Assembly: GCA_041649175.1 (NCBI GenBank)
Contig: JBAZNR010000001.1
Location: 258,332 to 322,331 of the forward strand
DNA from: Candidatus Omnitrophota bacterium
Lineage (GTDB): Bacteria; Omnitrophota; Gorgyraeia; Zapsychrales; JBAZNR01
Direction of reading: 5' to 3'
Length of the DNA: 64,000 bases
Numbering within the stretch: the stretch's first letter is position 1; each line of letters begins with the position of its first letter. Under the pieces are notes generated by a model. It had not been told where the DNA came from. It did no database searches and was given only the letters and a program-made list of their open reading frames with translations. Below, piece after piece: positions 19,626 through 28,949 of this stretch. Made by a program: the position numbers and the translations under genes.

Positions 19626-21173
19626 ATGTCGCAAGCAACAAATCAACCCGCTCATCACGTGACAGCCGGCGCAGACCGCATTTCTTTTTTTCAAAAAGCC
19701 ATATACGGCATGGGGTCATTCGTCAACCAATTTGCCGGAGCTGCCACGGGCCAGCTGATCCTTGTTTTAAACCTCGGATTGGGAGTGAATCCCGCTTTAG
19801 TCGGTTGGATCGGAGCCATTCCCCGGTTTCTGGATGCCTTTTCCGATCCTTTGATCGGCTACGGTTCAGACAATACCCGAACCCGGTGGGGACGCCGCAA
19901 ACCCTGGATATTCTTTGGGGCTCTTTTTTCCGGGCTTTTACTAGCTTTGATGTTCCAGCTTCATAAGGGACACGGTGAATATTTCTATTTTTGGTGGGTC
20001 TTAGGGATCCAATGCCTTTTCGTTCTTACCTTTGCTTGTTATTCGATTCCCTGGCTCGCCTTGGGATATGAAATGACACCTGATTATCACGAGCGGACGC
20101 GATTGCAAGCATACGCCAGTTTTTTCGCTCAGCCTGTTTGGATGATAGCACCATGGATCCCCTTGATCATGACCGCAAAAGAGGCTCCGCTTAAGTTAGG
20201 AAGTTTTACAGTACTGACTTTTCATTCCCCGTTCACGGATATTACTCATGCCACACGAACCATTGCCATCATCGTCGGGATATTTATCACGGTATTCGGC
20301 ATCCTTCCGGCCATTTTCAATAAAGAAATTTACGCAAATTTACCGCGGCCTAAAAAAGAAAAGGGGGCCTTAAATGTCATTAAAGACCTCTTAAGCAATT
20401 GCGCTACATCTTTTAAATGCGGGCCGTTCGTTAAGCTTGTTATTGTAACGTTCCTTATCTTTAATGGGTTCATGCTCGCTTCTGCCTTTACCGCCTATGT
20501 TGTTTTTTTCTATTGTTACGGCGGACAGCCGACGATGGACCTGATGTACCAGAACGGCGGAACCTTGCTGGGTGTCTTTGGAACGCTCAGTTCTATTTGT
20601 ACGGCTTTCGTCGCCATTCCCTTAACCACGTGGATATCAACAAAACTCGGAAAACGAAAAACCTTTTTGATCACCATGTCGCTTGCGATCTTCGGCTATG
20701 CCCTGAAATGGGTCGGATATAACACCGAACATCCTTACTTGTTGTTGGTTGCAGCACCCTTTCTGGCATTCCATCTGGGATCACTTTTCACAATCGTCTG
20801 TTCCATGATCGCAGATGTTTGTGACCTTGACGAACTTCAGACCGGCACACGTCGGGAAGGAATGTTCAGCGGTATTTACTGGTGGATACAAAAACTAGGC
20901 ATGGCCGGAGCATCTGTTCTTGCCGGATACCTTCTGAATTGGACCGGTTTCAAGCAAGAATTGGGCCTCAACCAAGCCCCCAGCACCTTGTTTTATATGA
21001 GGGTCTTCGACGTCGGAATTCCGATCGCAACCTCTTTGATTGCTATTTACATTATTATGACCTTTGACATTTCAGAAGCTAAAGCCTATGATATTCGTGG
21101 ACAGGTCGAAAGACGTCGAGAAGAAAGACGAAACGAAGAAAGACGCGAAGAAGAAAGACGAAAAAAGACGTAA
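19626..21173 (+). CDS. MFS transporter, glycoside-pentoside-hexuronide (GPH):cation symporter family, with a charged ERR-repeat C-terminal tail
   Basis: 515 aa, 12 TM. GPH signature GYGSDNTRTRWGRRKPWIFFGA in loop 2-3. The tail ERRREERRNEERREEERRKKT is encoded by a short GAAAGACG-type DNA repeat at 21100-21175. Confidence 0.75.
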   Translation: MSQATNQPAHHVTAGADRISFFQKAIYGMGSFVNQFAGAATGQLILVLNLGLGVNPALVGWIGAIPRFLDAFSDPLIGYGSDNTRTRWGRRKPWIFFGALFSGLLLALMFQLHKGHGEYFYFWWVLGIQCLFVLTFACYSIPWLALGYEMTPDYHERTRLQAYASFFAQPVWMIAPWIPLIMTAKEAPLKLGSFTVLTFHSPFTDITHATRTIAIIVGIFITVFGILPAIFNKEIYANLPRPKKEKGALNVIKDLLSNCATSFKCGPFVKLVIVTFLIFNGFMLASAFTAYVVFFYCYGGQPTMDLMYQNGGTLLGVFGTLSSICTAFVAIPLTTWISTKLGKRKTFLITMSLAIFGYALKWVGYNTEHPYLLLVAAPFLAFHLGSLFTIVCSMIADVCDLDELQTGTRREGMFSGIYWWIQKLGMAGASVLAGYLLNWTGFKQELGLNQAPSTLFYMRVFDVGIPIATSLIAIYIIMTFDISEAKAYDIRGQVERRREERRNEERREEERRKKT

Positions 21174-21179
21174 TAAAGT

Positions 21180-22133
21180 TTGAGAAAAGATATGGCCAAA
21201 CATCCTTCAAATAAAAGTACAAGCCCAAAACCAATTGTTATCTTTCCCTATTGGGGATATGAGAACAATAAGCAATGCGAATGGTATTTTTGGTGGACCA
21301 TTGACCGATGTAAGGAAATTGATCCCAAGCCGATCGTTATGCTGCCCCGGGCTACGGTTATCAGGCAAAATGCCGCTTCTTTTCTAGCGGATAAAAGATA
21401 CAAGACCCTTGAGGTTGTACAAACTTGGTCTGTTGATTCCTGCCAAACATGGCTTGCGGGCTGGGGCCACGTGCTTGACCACTATCCCGACGTAGAAAGA
21501 ATTGTGCTTTTGCCGGGCGACCTTGATTATGTTCATGAGGATGTTGAATTTTATAACAATCTCAAAGGCTTTATTGAAACGACCAGCTCGGATATCGCCA
21601 TCGGAGATTTTGGGACCGGAGATAAGTACAGCGCGAAAAGTCTCGTCGACACTTATGGTTCCTATACACTTTTGGCCAACTGGTTTCCCGAAGTCTCCAA
21701 AAGCATCAGGTCATTGCCTCTTCATCGACTGAGATCTGAATTTCTAAATATCAAAACATCTGTTTTGCGCGATCTTTTGATCAATAATAGAAATTTCGCT
21801 TATGAACAAACTCTCAATTTTCTCATCAAAAGCTGGAATCATAATGAGTCGAAATGGAAACATCAAATAACCACATATCCTTTGGGAAGCCTGTCTGACA
21901 ATAAGTCTTTTAGGGACTATCGATCGTGCATTGACCAAATAGAAAGAATAGAAAGAATGCTTTCTGTGCTATGGCGAGAGATCAAGGAACCTAAAAGGAA
22001 GGATAGCGCGAGCGATAAAAAATTTGAGGAACAATACACTTTGTTTAGCAATGAATACGACAAGCTCTACACAAAATCGAACAATATCATAGAATCTGCC
22101 AGAACGACCCTTAGAGCCCTCTTAGGCGTATAA
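21180..22133 (+). CDS. hypothetical cytoplasmic protein (possible GT-A-like fold with a DxD, LLPGDLD)
   Basis: 317-aa ORF immediately downstream of the transporter. I recognise no confident family. Confidence 0.4.
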   Translation: MRKDMAKHPSNKSTSPKPIVIFPYWGYENNKQCEWYFWWTIDRCKEIDPKPIVMLPRATVIRQNAASFLADKRYKTLEVVQTWSVDSCQTWLAGWGHVLDHYPDVERIVLLPGDLDYVHEDVEFYNNLKGFIETTSSDIAIGDFGTGDKYSAKSLVDTYGSYTLLANWFPEVSKSIRSLPLHRLRSEFLNIKTSVLRDLLINNRNFAYEQTLNFLIKSWNHNESKWKHQITTYPLGSLSDNKSFRDYRSCIDQIERIERMLSVLWREIKEPKRKDSASDKKFEEQYTLFSNEYDKLYTKSNNIIESARTTLRALLGV

Positions 22134-22979
22134 CTATCCCCCCGTCGCCCCGTACGAAAATCCTTTAACAATATGTTTCTGCATAGCTAAGTAAACAAGA
22201 ATGATAGGAAGAGCGGCAATAGTCAAGCCCGCCATCAAAACCGGATAATCAACGCTATGCGCGCCTTGGAACTTCATCAATCCCACCTGAAGAGGCATCA
22301 AGCTTTTTTCATTTAAAAGAAGCTGCGCCAAAATATATTCGTTCCAAACATTTAACGAATTGAAAATAACAACAACACCAATGGCCGGACGGACAAGCGG
22401 CAGCCCCACATGCCACCAGATCCCTATTTTACTGCATCCGTCAATACGCGCCGCATCTTCAAGGTCCGACGGTATTTTGTCAAAAAACGTCTTTAGGAAC
22501 AAAATGCTCATGGAAAGCCCAACATTGATCATACAAAGAATATAGCCGATACGCGTATCAGCTAAGCCTAATTTATTGACCAAAACAACCAGCGGGACAA
22601 AACTTCCCGGTAAGGGGATCATCATCGCGGCTATAAACATATAAAAAAAGAAATTCTTGCCCGGAAATTTCAGCCGAGAAAACGCGAAAGCAGCCAAAGA
22701 AGCGACGATCACTATTCCTATCACGACCGTCACCGTATAGATAATGCTATTTAAAAGATATATTTCAAAGCCCCCGCCAATCCAGGCTTTTATATAATTA
22801 TCAAAATTTAATACGGAAGGGATCAAAGACTTGTCCGTAAAAACCGTATCCAGGCTCATTAAAGACGAGCGAAACATCCAAAAAAGCGGGAATAAACAAG
22901 TAGCGGCCATCGTTAGTAAAAACATATGGATCGCCATGCCGTATAAAACTTTTAAAATTTGATGTTGGATCGCTTTCAT
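22134..22979 (-). CDS. ABC sugar transporter permease (MalG/UgpE-like)
   Basis: 281 aa, 6 TM, EAA loop DAARIDGCSKIGIWWHVGLP. Confidence 0.8.
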   Translation of the reverse strand: MKAIQHQILKVLYGMAIHMFLLTMAATCLFPLFWMFRSSLMSLDTVFTDKSLIPSVLNFDNYIKAWIGGGFEIYLLNSIIYTVTVVIGIVIVASLAAFAFSRLKFPGKNFFFYMFIAAMMIPLPGSFVPLVVLVNKLGLADTRIGYILCMINVGLSMSILFLKTFFDKIPSDLEDAARIDGCSKIGIWWHVGLPLVRPAIGVVVIFNSLNVWNEYILAQLLLNEKSLMPLQVGLMKFQGAHSVDYPVLMAGLTIAALPIILVYLAMQKHIVKGFSYGATGG

Positions 22980-22998
22980 AAGATCATTTCTTTAAAAC

Positions 22999-23934
22999 TT
23001 AAACCTGTTTCATTCTGTCGGAAATAAATTTAGATCCGAGCGAAATGGCGATCAAAATAACGCCGAATGTCACACCTTGCGCGCAAGCATAACCAAGGTG
23101 ATGGTCGAGCATTGAATCTAATATCTCGGTCACGGGAACGGACGTGTAATCAACAAGGCCGCTTCGCCCGATCATGGAAATGATCAAAATAAACGCCTGC
23201 ATCGAACCTAAGATCGTTAAGACAACAACGACCAGAATAACGGGAACCATCATCGGAAGCGTAACATTTTTTAAAATGCTCCAATTCCCGGCTCCGTCAA
23301 CTTTAGCGGCTTCATAAAGCTGTTTATCGATCGTCTGAAGCCCGGCTAAGAACATCAAAAATCCCCATCCAAAACCTTTCCAAGAGTGCACAATAGCGAT
23401 GCACGGCAAAGCTGTCGACGGATTAGAGAGCCAATCGTTCACTAAATGCGGCAATCCTGTTTTGACGAGCAGATGATTTAGAAGCCCTATCTGTTCGCCG
23501 TTTTGTATGCCGGCATTTAAGATCCATGTCCAAACCAAACCTACCACCACTTCGGATAAAACCGGCGGGATAAAAAATACCACGCTATAAAAATTTTTCA
23601 TTCTTAACTCGCGGTCACACGCGAAGGCAAGCGCGAAGGCTAGGATATTTTGCAGCGTTAACGCAATGAACGTAATAAATCCCGCGTTCCCCAAAGAATG
23701 CCACCATCCGCCGTCTTTAAGAAGATCCATAAAATTCTGAAGACCTACAAAATTTTCTTTGAAGTTAACGGCATCAATGCCATTCCACTCCAAAACAGAA
23801 AGCTTGAAGATGTCAATGAACGGATAAATATAAAAAATACAGAAAATAACAATCGCCGGCAAGATAAACAAGAAACTGGTGAAATAATTTCTTGTCATAA
23901 TGGCTTTATTATTTTTATTGATAAGTTCCGGCAT
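22999..23934 (-). CDS. ABC sugar transporter permease (MalF/UgpA-like)
   Basis: 311 aa, 6 TM, EAA-like EAAKVDGAGNWSILKNVTLP. Confidence 0.8.
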   Translation of the reverse strand: MPELINKNNKAIMTRNYFTSFLFILPAIVIFCIFYIYPFIDIFKLSVLEWNGIDAVNFKENFVGLQNFMDLLKDGGWWHSLGNAGFITFIALTLQNILAFALAFACDRELRMKNFYSVVFFIPPVLSEVVVGLVWTWILNAGIQNGEQIGLLNHLLVKTGLPHLVNDWLSNPSTALPCIAIVHSWKGFGWGFLMFLAGLQTIDKQLYEAAKVDGAGNWSILKNVTLPMMVPVILVVVVLTILGSMQAFILIISMIGRSGLVDYTSVPVTEILDSMLDHHLGYACAQGVTFGVILIAISLGSKFISDRMKQV

Positions 23935-23935
23935 T

Positions 23936-25225
23936 TTATTTTGTCTGCTCTTTCCTATCTTTTCTTTCCATAATTTTTTCTTTTACCGCTTGAACCTCTC
24001 CCGCGACCTCTTGGGGAGTTTTGTCTCCGATAATAATGGATTGGATCCCTTTGATGAATTTCTCGCTTACTTGGTCATTTTCATTGATGTCCCAGACGGT
24101 GGGATGAGTCGCGTAGTCGGTGCCTTTGGCAAAACCCGACAAAATAGGATCAATAGAAGAAAGTGCTTTTTTATTAGCCGGAAGATTTCTGGTTTCTACC
24201 GCAAATTGCACTTGTTGTTGTGTGGCGGTCAGCCATTTTAAAAAGTCGATCGCTTTTTGTTTTTTAGCAGACTGGCCGTTGACCACAAAAGATGAACCCG
24301 TGCCCCAGATCCTCATGGCCAGCGCTTCATTAACCTTAGGCGGCAGCATCACGCCATATTCCAGCTTTGGGTTCATAGCATGATAAACATTAACGCACCA
24401 AGAACCGTTAAACGCGAACGCCGCGCGCTCAAGAGCAAAATCTTGTTCGGCATATTTATTGCCTTTGGTCACGACCCCCGGCACTAAAGCGCCGCTATCG
24501 GTTAATTGTTTAAAAACATTGAAAACCTTGATCCAATCCGGGTCGGTGTAAGGGATTTCTCCGCGATAAGTCGCCATGATCTTATCTTCGCCCATAATAT
24601 TAAAAGCGTAATTGGACGCGAAACAATCGATCATCCAATCTTCACCCCAGCCGGCGACCAAACCGGAAACGCCCACTCTTTTGAGCGCGGCGATATCTTT
24701 AAAAAACTGCGCCATAGTTTTAGGCGGCTCAGAGATTCCGGCCTGCTTTAACAAATTTTTATTGTACAACATTTGCATATTAGTCACATCGATAGGAACG
24801 CCATAAATGCCGGGCTTGACTTTATAGATATTGCCTTCCAAAAAAACATTGGGGGCAAGCGCTTTAGGAAAGAGTTCGCTTTCCCAAGCGGAATCATTAA
24901 GTTTGTATTCGTCGGTTAAGTCGGCAACATGGCCGTTTTTAATGAAGGAGGCAAAAACTTCTTTTTCGCCTAAGACCCCAAAAATATCAGGAAGGGCGCG
25001 GGCTTGAGCGGTGGCGGTAATCTTTTGGGAATAAGCGTCGGAGGGAGCGTATAATTCGAAATTAACTTTGATGCCGGTTTGCTGTTCATATTGCCTGGCA
25101 AGCTGGATAAAAGCTGCGTTGCGGTCGGTCATCCAGTGCCAAACGGTGATCGAGTTTGGATCTTCTTTTTTAGCACAACCCGCGAACAATACGATCAGTA
25201 AACCAATAACCAGTATCTTTTTCAC
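23936..25225 (-). CDS. ABC transporter extracellular solute-binding lipoprotein (family 1, oligosaccharide)
   Basis: 429 aa with a lipobox LIVLFAGC. It abuts the permease gene, and no ATPase gene is present in this locus. Confidence 0.75.
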   Translation of the reverse strand: MKKILVIGLLIVLFAGCAKKEDPNSITVWHWMTDRNAAFIQLARQYEQQTGIKVNFELYAPSDAYSQKITATAQARALPDIFGVLGEKEVFASFIKNGHVADLTDEYKLNDSAWESELFPKALAPNVFLEGNIYKVKPGIYGVPIDVTNMQMLYNKNLLKQAGISEPPKTMAQFFKDIAALKRVGVSGLVAGWGEDWMIDCFASNYAFNIMGEDKIMATYRGEIPYTDPDWIKVFNVFKQLTDSGALVPGVVTKGNKYAEQDFALERAAFAFNGSWCVNVYHAMNPKLEYGVMLPPKVNEALAMRIWGTGSSFVVNGQSAKKQKAIDFLKWLTATQQQVQFAVETRNLPANKKALSSIDPILSGFAKGTDYATHPTVWDINENDQVSEKFIKGIQSIIIGDKTPQEVAGEVQAVKEKIMERKDRKEQTK

Positions 25226-25385
25226 TAATCCTCCGGGCAGTCAAGTAATTAACGAAGTAAGGCCTTCGTTAAAAAAATAACGGTACCTTGCTGCCGAATG
25301 GTATTGTACGCAGACTTTGAAGCGGAATCAATATTTATTACGGGCAAATTGAATACTAAAGCCGTCTTGATGCTCTCTCGCCCGT

Positions 25386-28300
25386 TTATCTTCCTTGGCT
25401 GACCGCCTGATGAAGCGAACGATATCTTGTTATTGTCGGCCCGTCACTAGCGCTGATGCTGTCAGGAAGAATGTTTGTTCCACCAGCTGTTAAAAACGCA
25501 TCATCAAAGATCGCTCTGCCGCCAATTGCGAACACATCGCCTTGCGGCGCATACAAAGAACAAATAAATCGTAATTTTACCGCACTCGGTGGCGCGATCG
25601 TTAAGATATCGATCCTTGTCCATCTGGAACGTCCGCCGATGGGATGGCCCGCAACTTCAGTGCCGACCTGATGGCCATTCGCGTCAAAGAACGCCAGCGA
25701 AAGGTTAGCCGAAGCGTTAGAAAGGAAATTGATATTTGTTTTCACCCAAACACGCGCCACAATCCCACTGTTGGGATTAATGCTAATATCCTGCGAAGCA
25801 GTTCCAAAATAATCCCCGCCTAGAGTGCCATCAACGGTAAAATAAGACGAGTAGGTTCCGCTATGCGCATCTCCCGGAGCGACATTCGACCAAATCGCGC
25901 TGACCTCGCCGGGTTTATTGAGCTCATCCCAATCATTCAACCCGTTCTCAAAACCGGGATTGATCAAGTTTCTTACTGGAAGAGGTAAAGCTAACGGTGT
26001 TCTGGAGAATTGGAAATCATCAAAATAAGCACTGCCGGCGCGAGAGGCATCTTGCTGACGAGCAAAAATCGTTCCACTGACTCGCACGCGCACTGTTCCC
26101 GCGGGAACTTGGCCCGTCACGTAAAGATAGCGCCAATTGGTTAACCCGCCAATAGAACTTTTCACAATAATAGGCTCGTTAGCATCTTCAATCACTTCAC
26201 CGTCTTCATTAATGAATTCTAACTGCAAGCCGGCCTTTGATTTTGTTATAGGGCTTATTCTCGTCTTAGCGTAAGCCGTTGCGTAAACGTTTGTGTTAGC
26301 AGGATACTCACTACCTACATTATCGTAGTAAATATCTTGGTAAATTTGGCTGTAATAACTTTGGTTCGGAATAACGCCAATATTTTTTTGAGCTGAATTA
26401 ACTCCCGTATGCGCATCTCCGCTAACCACTCCCGGAAATCCACCCGCCTCCGACCAATCGGTTAAACCATTTTCAAATCCTGCGTTGATAAGTTCTGTTC
26501 TAAAACCTTCCGGAGGAAATGGCGTATAGGAAAAAGTAACGCCGTCAAAATTAGCGACGGCTCCGTCGGCATTGACATCGTTGTCATTAGCGAGTGCAAA
26601 AGTAATAACACGTACTGTGGCTGTCCCGGCCGGAGGAACAACTCCGTCGACAACAAGCCTTCGCCAATCATTATTACCGGAAAGCTGTTGGCCGCTTTGG
26701 CCTAAGAAAGTTCCGGCCGCGTTAAAAAATTGAGTGATAAATCCTGCCCTGGCGGATGATGCCGGGTTCATCGCGGTTCTCACATAAACGGTAGCGTAAA
26801 CCGGATGTCCCGTCGGATCCGCGTATGGATAATGCAGATCCTGCGAAGCAGAGGCATAAAAATTAATGTCTAGATCTGTGTCAATGGTAGCTTTGGCTGA
26901 ATAAGATCCGTCATGATAGATAGCATTGTCCGTCCTAAGCCCGGGGCTATAAACTAGATCCCAGTCATTAAGTCCGTTTTCAAAATTCGCATTGATCAAG
27001 GTTTCTTGTACCGGAGGTAAAGGTAAGGCGCTTAAAGAAAAGGTGAAATCATCAAAATAAGCATCTCCGGCGAGTGATGCATCAGCAAGTGGTGCAAAAA
27101 TAAAACCGCTCACTCTGACTTTGGCAGTTCCTGCCGGTGTTGTGGCGTGAACATAAAGATAACGCCAATCGGTATTTCCGCCGATGGAATCATTGACGAC
27201 AATAGGATTATTTTGCGCATCTTCAATAACATTTCCGCTCGCGTCAATAAATTCAAATTGCAAACCGGCATTAGATTTTGCCATCGGGCTCATAATTGTT
27301 TTGACATAAGCCGTCGCGTAAACGTTTGTACCTGTTGCAAATGGCGTACCACTAGCATTCGCATAAATATCCTGGTAAATTTGGCTGTAATAATCTCGCG
27401 GCGGATCTAAAACTGATATTGTCTTTTGAGCCGAAGCAGTAGAGCTATTATGAGTTATTGTCGTGTTGACCGTAGAAGGAAATCCATACAATTCAAACCA
27501 GTCGGCAATTCCAGATTCAAAACCAGGGTTCAAAACAGTTGTTTGGAAATTTGACTGCGGCAAAGGAGTCGTTGAATAAACAAAATCATCAAAATAGGCT
27601 ATGCCACCATTCACCGAATGTGCTTCTGAAGAGTAGACATATCCACTAACCCTAATTTTTACAGCATTGCTTGGTGGATTTAAATCTTGGGCATAAAGTC
27701 GTTGCCATCCATTTGTAACCCCAACTTCGTGAAAAACTCTTGGGTGAGCAATAACAGAACCGTTTATATCTAGAAATTCTAATTCTAGCCCAGCTTTATT
27801 CGAAGTTGATTGGATAGGAAAGTTTGTCCTGACATAAACCGTAGCATACACATCGCCATCTTGAGCATAATTAAAATTAACAAGCTGATAAATTCGGCTA
27901 AAGTAATCTTGATTATTAATATGCTGTATATCTTTCGCTACAGCCAAATTACCGCTATGGTAAATACTCTCACTTAAGGTACCCGGAAAACCAAATAGAT
28001 TCGCCCAATCATTCAATCCATTCTCGAATCCAGCATTGTAAAGATTTGAATTCAATGGTGGAGTAATATAATCTGTCGAAACAACACAATCATCAAAATA
28101 AGCAATTCCATCAATAGCATCTTGATCGCCATTCGCCGCAAATTTATAGATTGTAAATCTAACACTTTCAGCTGTTGCTGGGGCTGTTGCCGCAACATAA
28201 AGAAGGCGCCAATCTGTTTGTCCACCAATTTCAGATTGCACAACAGGATTAGCTATTGGTTGGTTAGCACCATTATAGAACTGTATCTTAATCCCTGCTT

Positions 28301-28646
28301 TTGCTGTAGATAGCGGCGAAATGTTTGTCTTAACATAAGCTGTAGCATAAACATTTTGCCCTACTGTAACTGCAGGACTTTGCGATAATTCGCTATAATC
28401 GTTATCATTTAAATCTGAAATCAAGCTACTGGCTGAATAGGGGCCAGAATGATAAATACTGTCAGATACGCTAAAACCAGTACCGAAATTCGGATTATTC
28501 CAAAGATTAATTCCATTATCAAAATTTGGATTTACGAGAAGCTGGTTCGCAAACGCATTGCTTCCGACGAACAAAACAAATCCTAAAGTTAGGGCTAACA
28601 TTCTTACTTTACTCATCATATCTTTCTCCTCCGTGGCTTTTTTCAT
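25386..28646 (-). CDS. secreted protein built from six tandem roughly 175-aa CBM4/9/22-like beta-sandwich repeats
   Basis: Signal peptide (probable start at M10, 28619, GGAGGAG SD). Each repeat opens with N(P/A)(G/N)FE(N/S)G(L/I)xxW and ends AYFDDF(x)F(S). There are six copies at the protein level, diverged at the DNA level. Confidence 0.6.
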   Translation of the reverse strand: MKKATEEKDMMSKVRMLALTLGFVLFVGSNAFANQLLVNPNFDNGINLWNNPNFGTGFSVSDSIYHSGPYSASSLISDLNDNDYSELSQSPAVTVGQNVYATAYVKTNISPLSTAKAGIKIQFYNGANQPIANPVVQSEIGGQTDWRLLYVAATAPATAESVRFTIYKFAANGDQDAIDGIAYFDDCVVSTDYITPPLNSNLYNAGFENGLNDWANLFGFPGTLSESIYHSGNLAVAKDIQHINNQDYFSRIYQLVNFNYAQDGDVYATVYVRTNFPIQSTSNKAGLELEFLDINGSVIAHPRVFHEVGVTNGWQRLYAQDLNPPSNAVKIRVSGYVYSSEAHSVNGGIAYFDDFVYSTTPLPQSNFQTTVLNPGFESGIADWFELYGFPSTVNTTITHNSSTASAQKTISVLDPPRDYYSQIYQDIYANASGTPFATGTNVYATAYVKTIMSPMAKSNAGLQFEFIDASGNVIEDAQNNPIVVNDSIGGNTDWRYLYVHATTPAGTAKVRVSGFIFAPLADASLAGDAYFDDFTFSLSALPLPPVQETLINANFENGLNDWDLVYSPGLRTDNAIYHDGSYSAKATIDTDLDINFYASASQDLHYPYADPTGHPVYATVYVRTAMNPASSARAGFITQFFNAAGTFLGQSGQQLSGNNDWRRLVVDGVVPPAGTATVRVITFALANDNDVNADGAVANFDGVTFSYTPFPPEGFRTELINAGFENGLTDWSEAGGFPGVVSGDAHTGVNSAQKNIGVIPNQSYYSQIYQDIYYDNVGSEYPANTNVYATAYAKTRISPITKSKAGLQLEFINEDGEVIEDANEPIIVKSSIGGLTNWRYLYVTGQVPAGTVRVRVSGTIFARQQDASRAGSAYFDDFQFSRTPLALPLPVRNLINPGFENGLNDWDELNKPGEVSAIWSNVAPGDAHSGTYSSYFTVDGTLGGDYFGTASQDISINPNSGIVARVWVKTNINFLSNASANLSLAFFDANGHQVGTEVAGHPIGGRSRWTRIDILTIAPPSAVKLRFICSLYAPQGDVFAIGGRAIFDDAFLTAGGTNILPDSISASDGPTITRYRSLHQAVSQGR

Positions 28647-28880
28647 AAGAAAACGTTTTCTTAAGTGGTTTTTAAAAAAGTGCTTATCTTAAGCACTTTA
28701 ACAAATACTTTTTAAATGTTTTTAATCAACTCGCCTTAGGTCAGAAGTATACCGCATTGCGAAAAACTGTCAATTAGACCCAAGTACACTACCCTAATAT
28801 ATACGGCAGAATACGTAGCAGGTAACCAGAGTATAGCCGATGACTTATGTTTTGTCAATTTTTGAGGTGAAAATAGAAGT

Positions 28881-28919
28881 GGGCGTCCCCCCGCCACACT
28901 TCTTGGCGGGGGGACGCCC
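28881..28919 (-). terminator. rho-independent terminator of the GH94 gene
   Basis: Perfect hairpin GGGCGTCCCCCCGCC-ACACTTCTT-GGCGGGGGGACGCCC, with a U-rich run on the minus strand. Confidence 0.65.
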
Positions 28920-28949
28920 AACTTTGCTAAACATCCATGATCTTAAAAC

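Noticed and set aside
21180-22133. Tentative glycosyltransferase assignment for the 317-aa hypothetical protein based on an LLPGDLD DxD-like motif.
   Set aside because: A single short motif is insufficient; left as hypothetical.
25386-28646. Considered the roughly 540-bp periodicity in the CBM-repeat gene as a possible CRISPR-like or DNA tandem-repeat element.
   Set aside because: The repeats are protein-domain repeats with diverged DNA, in a single long ORF with a signal peptide, so not a CRISPR array or satellite.
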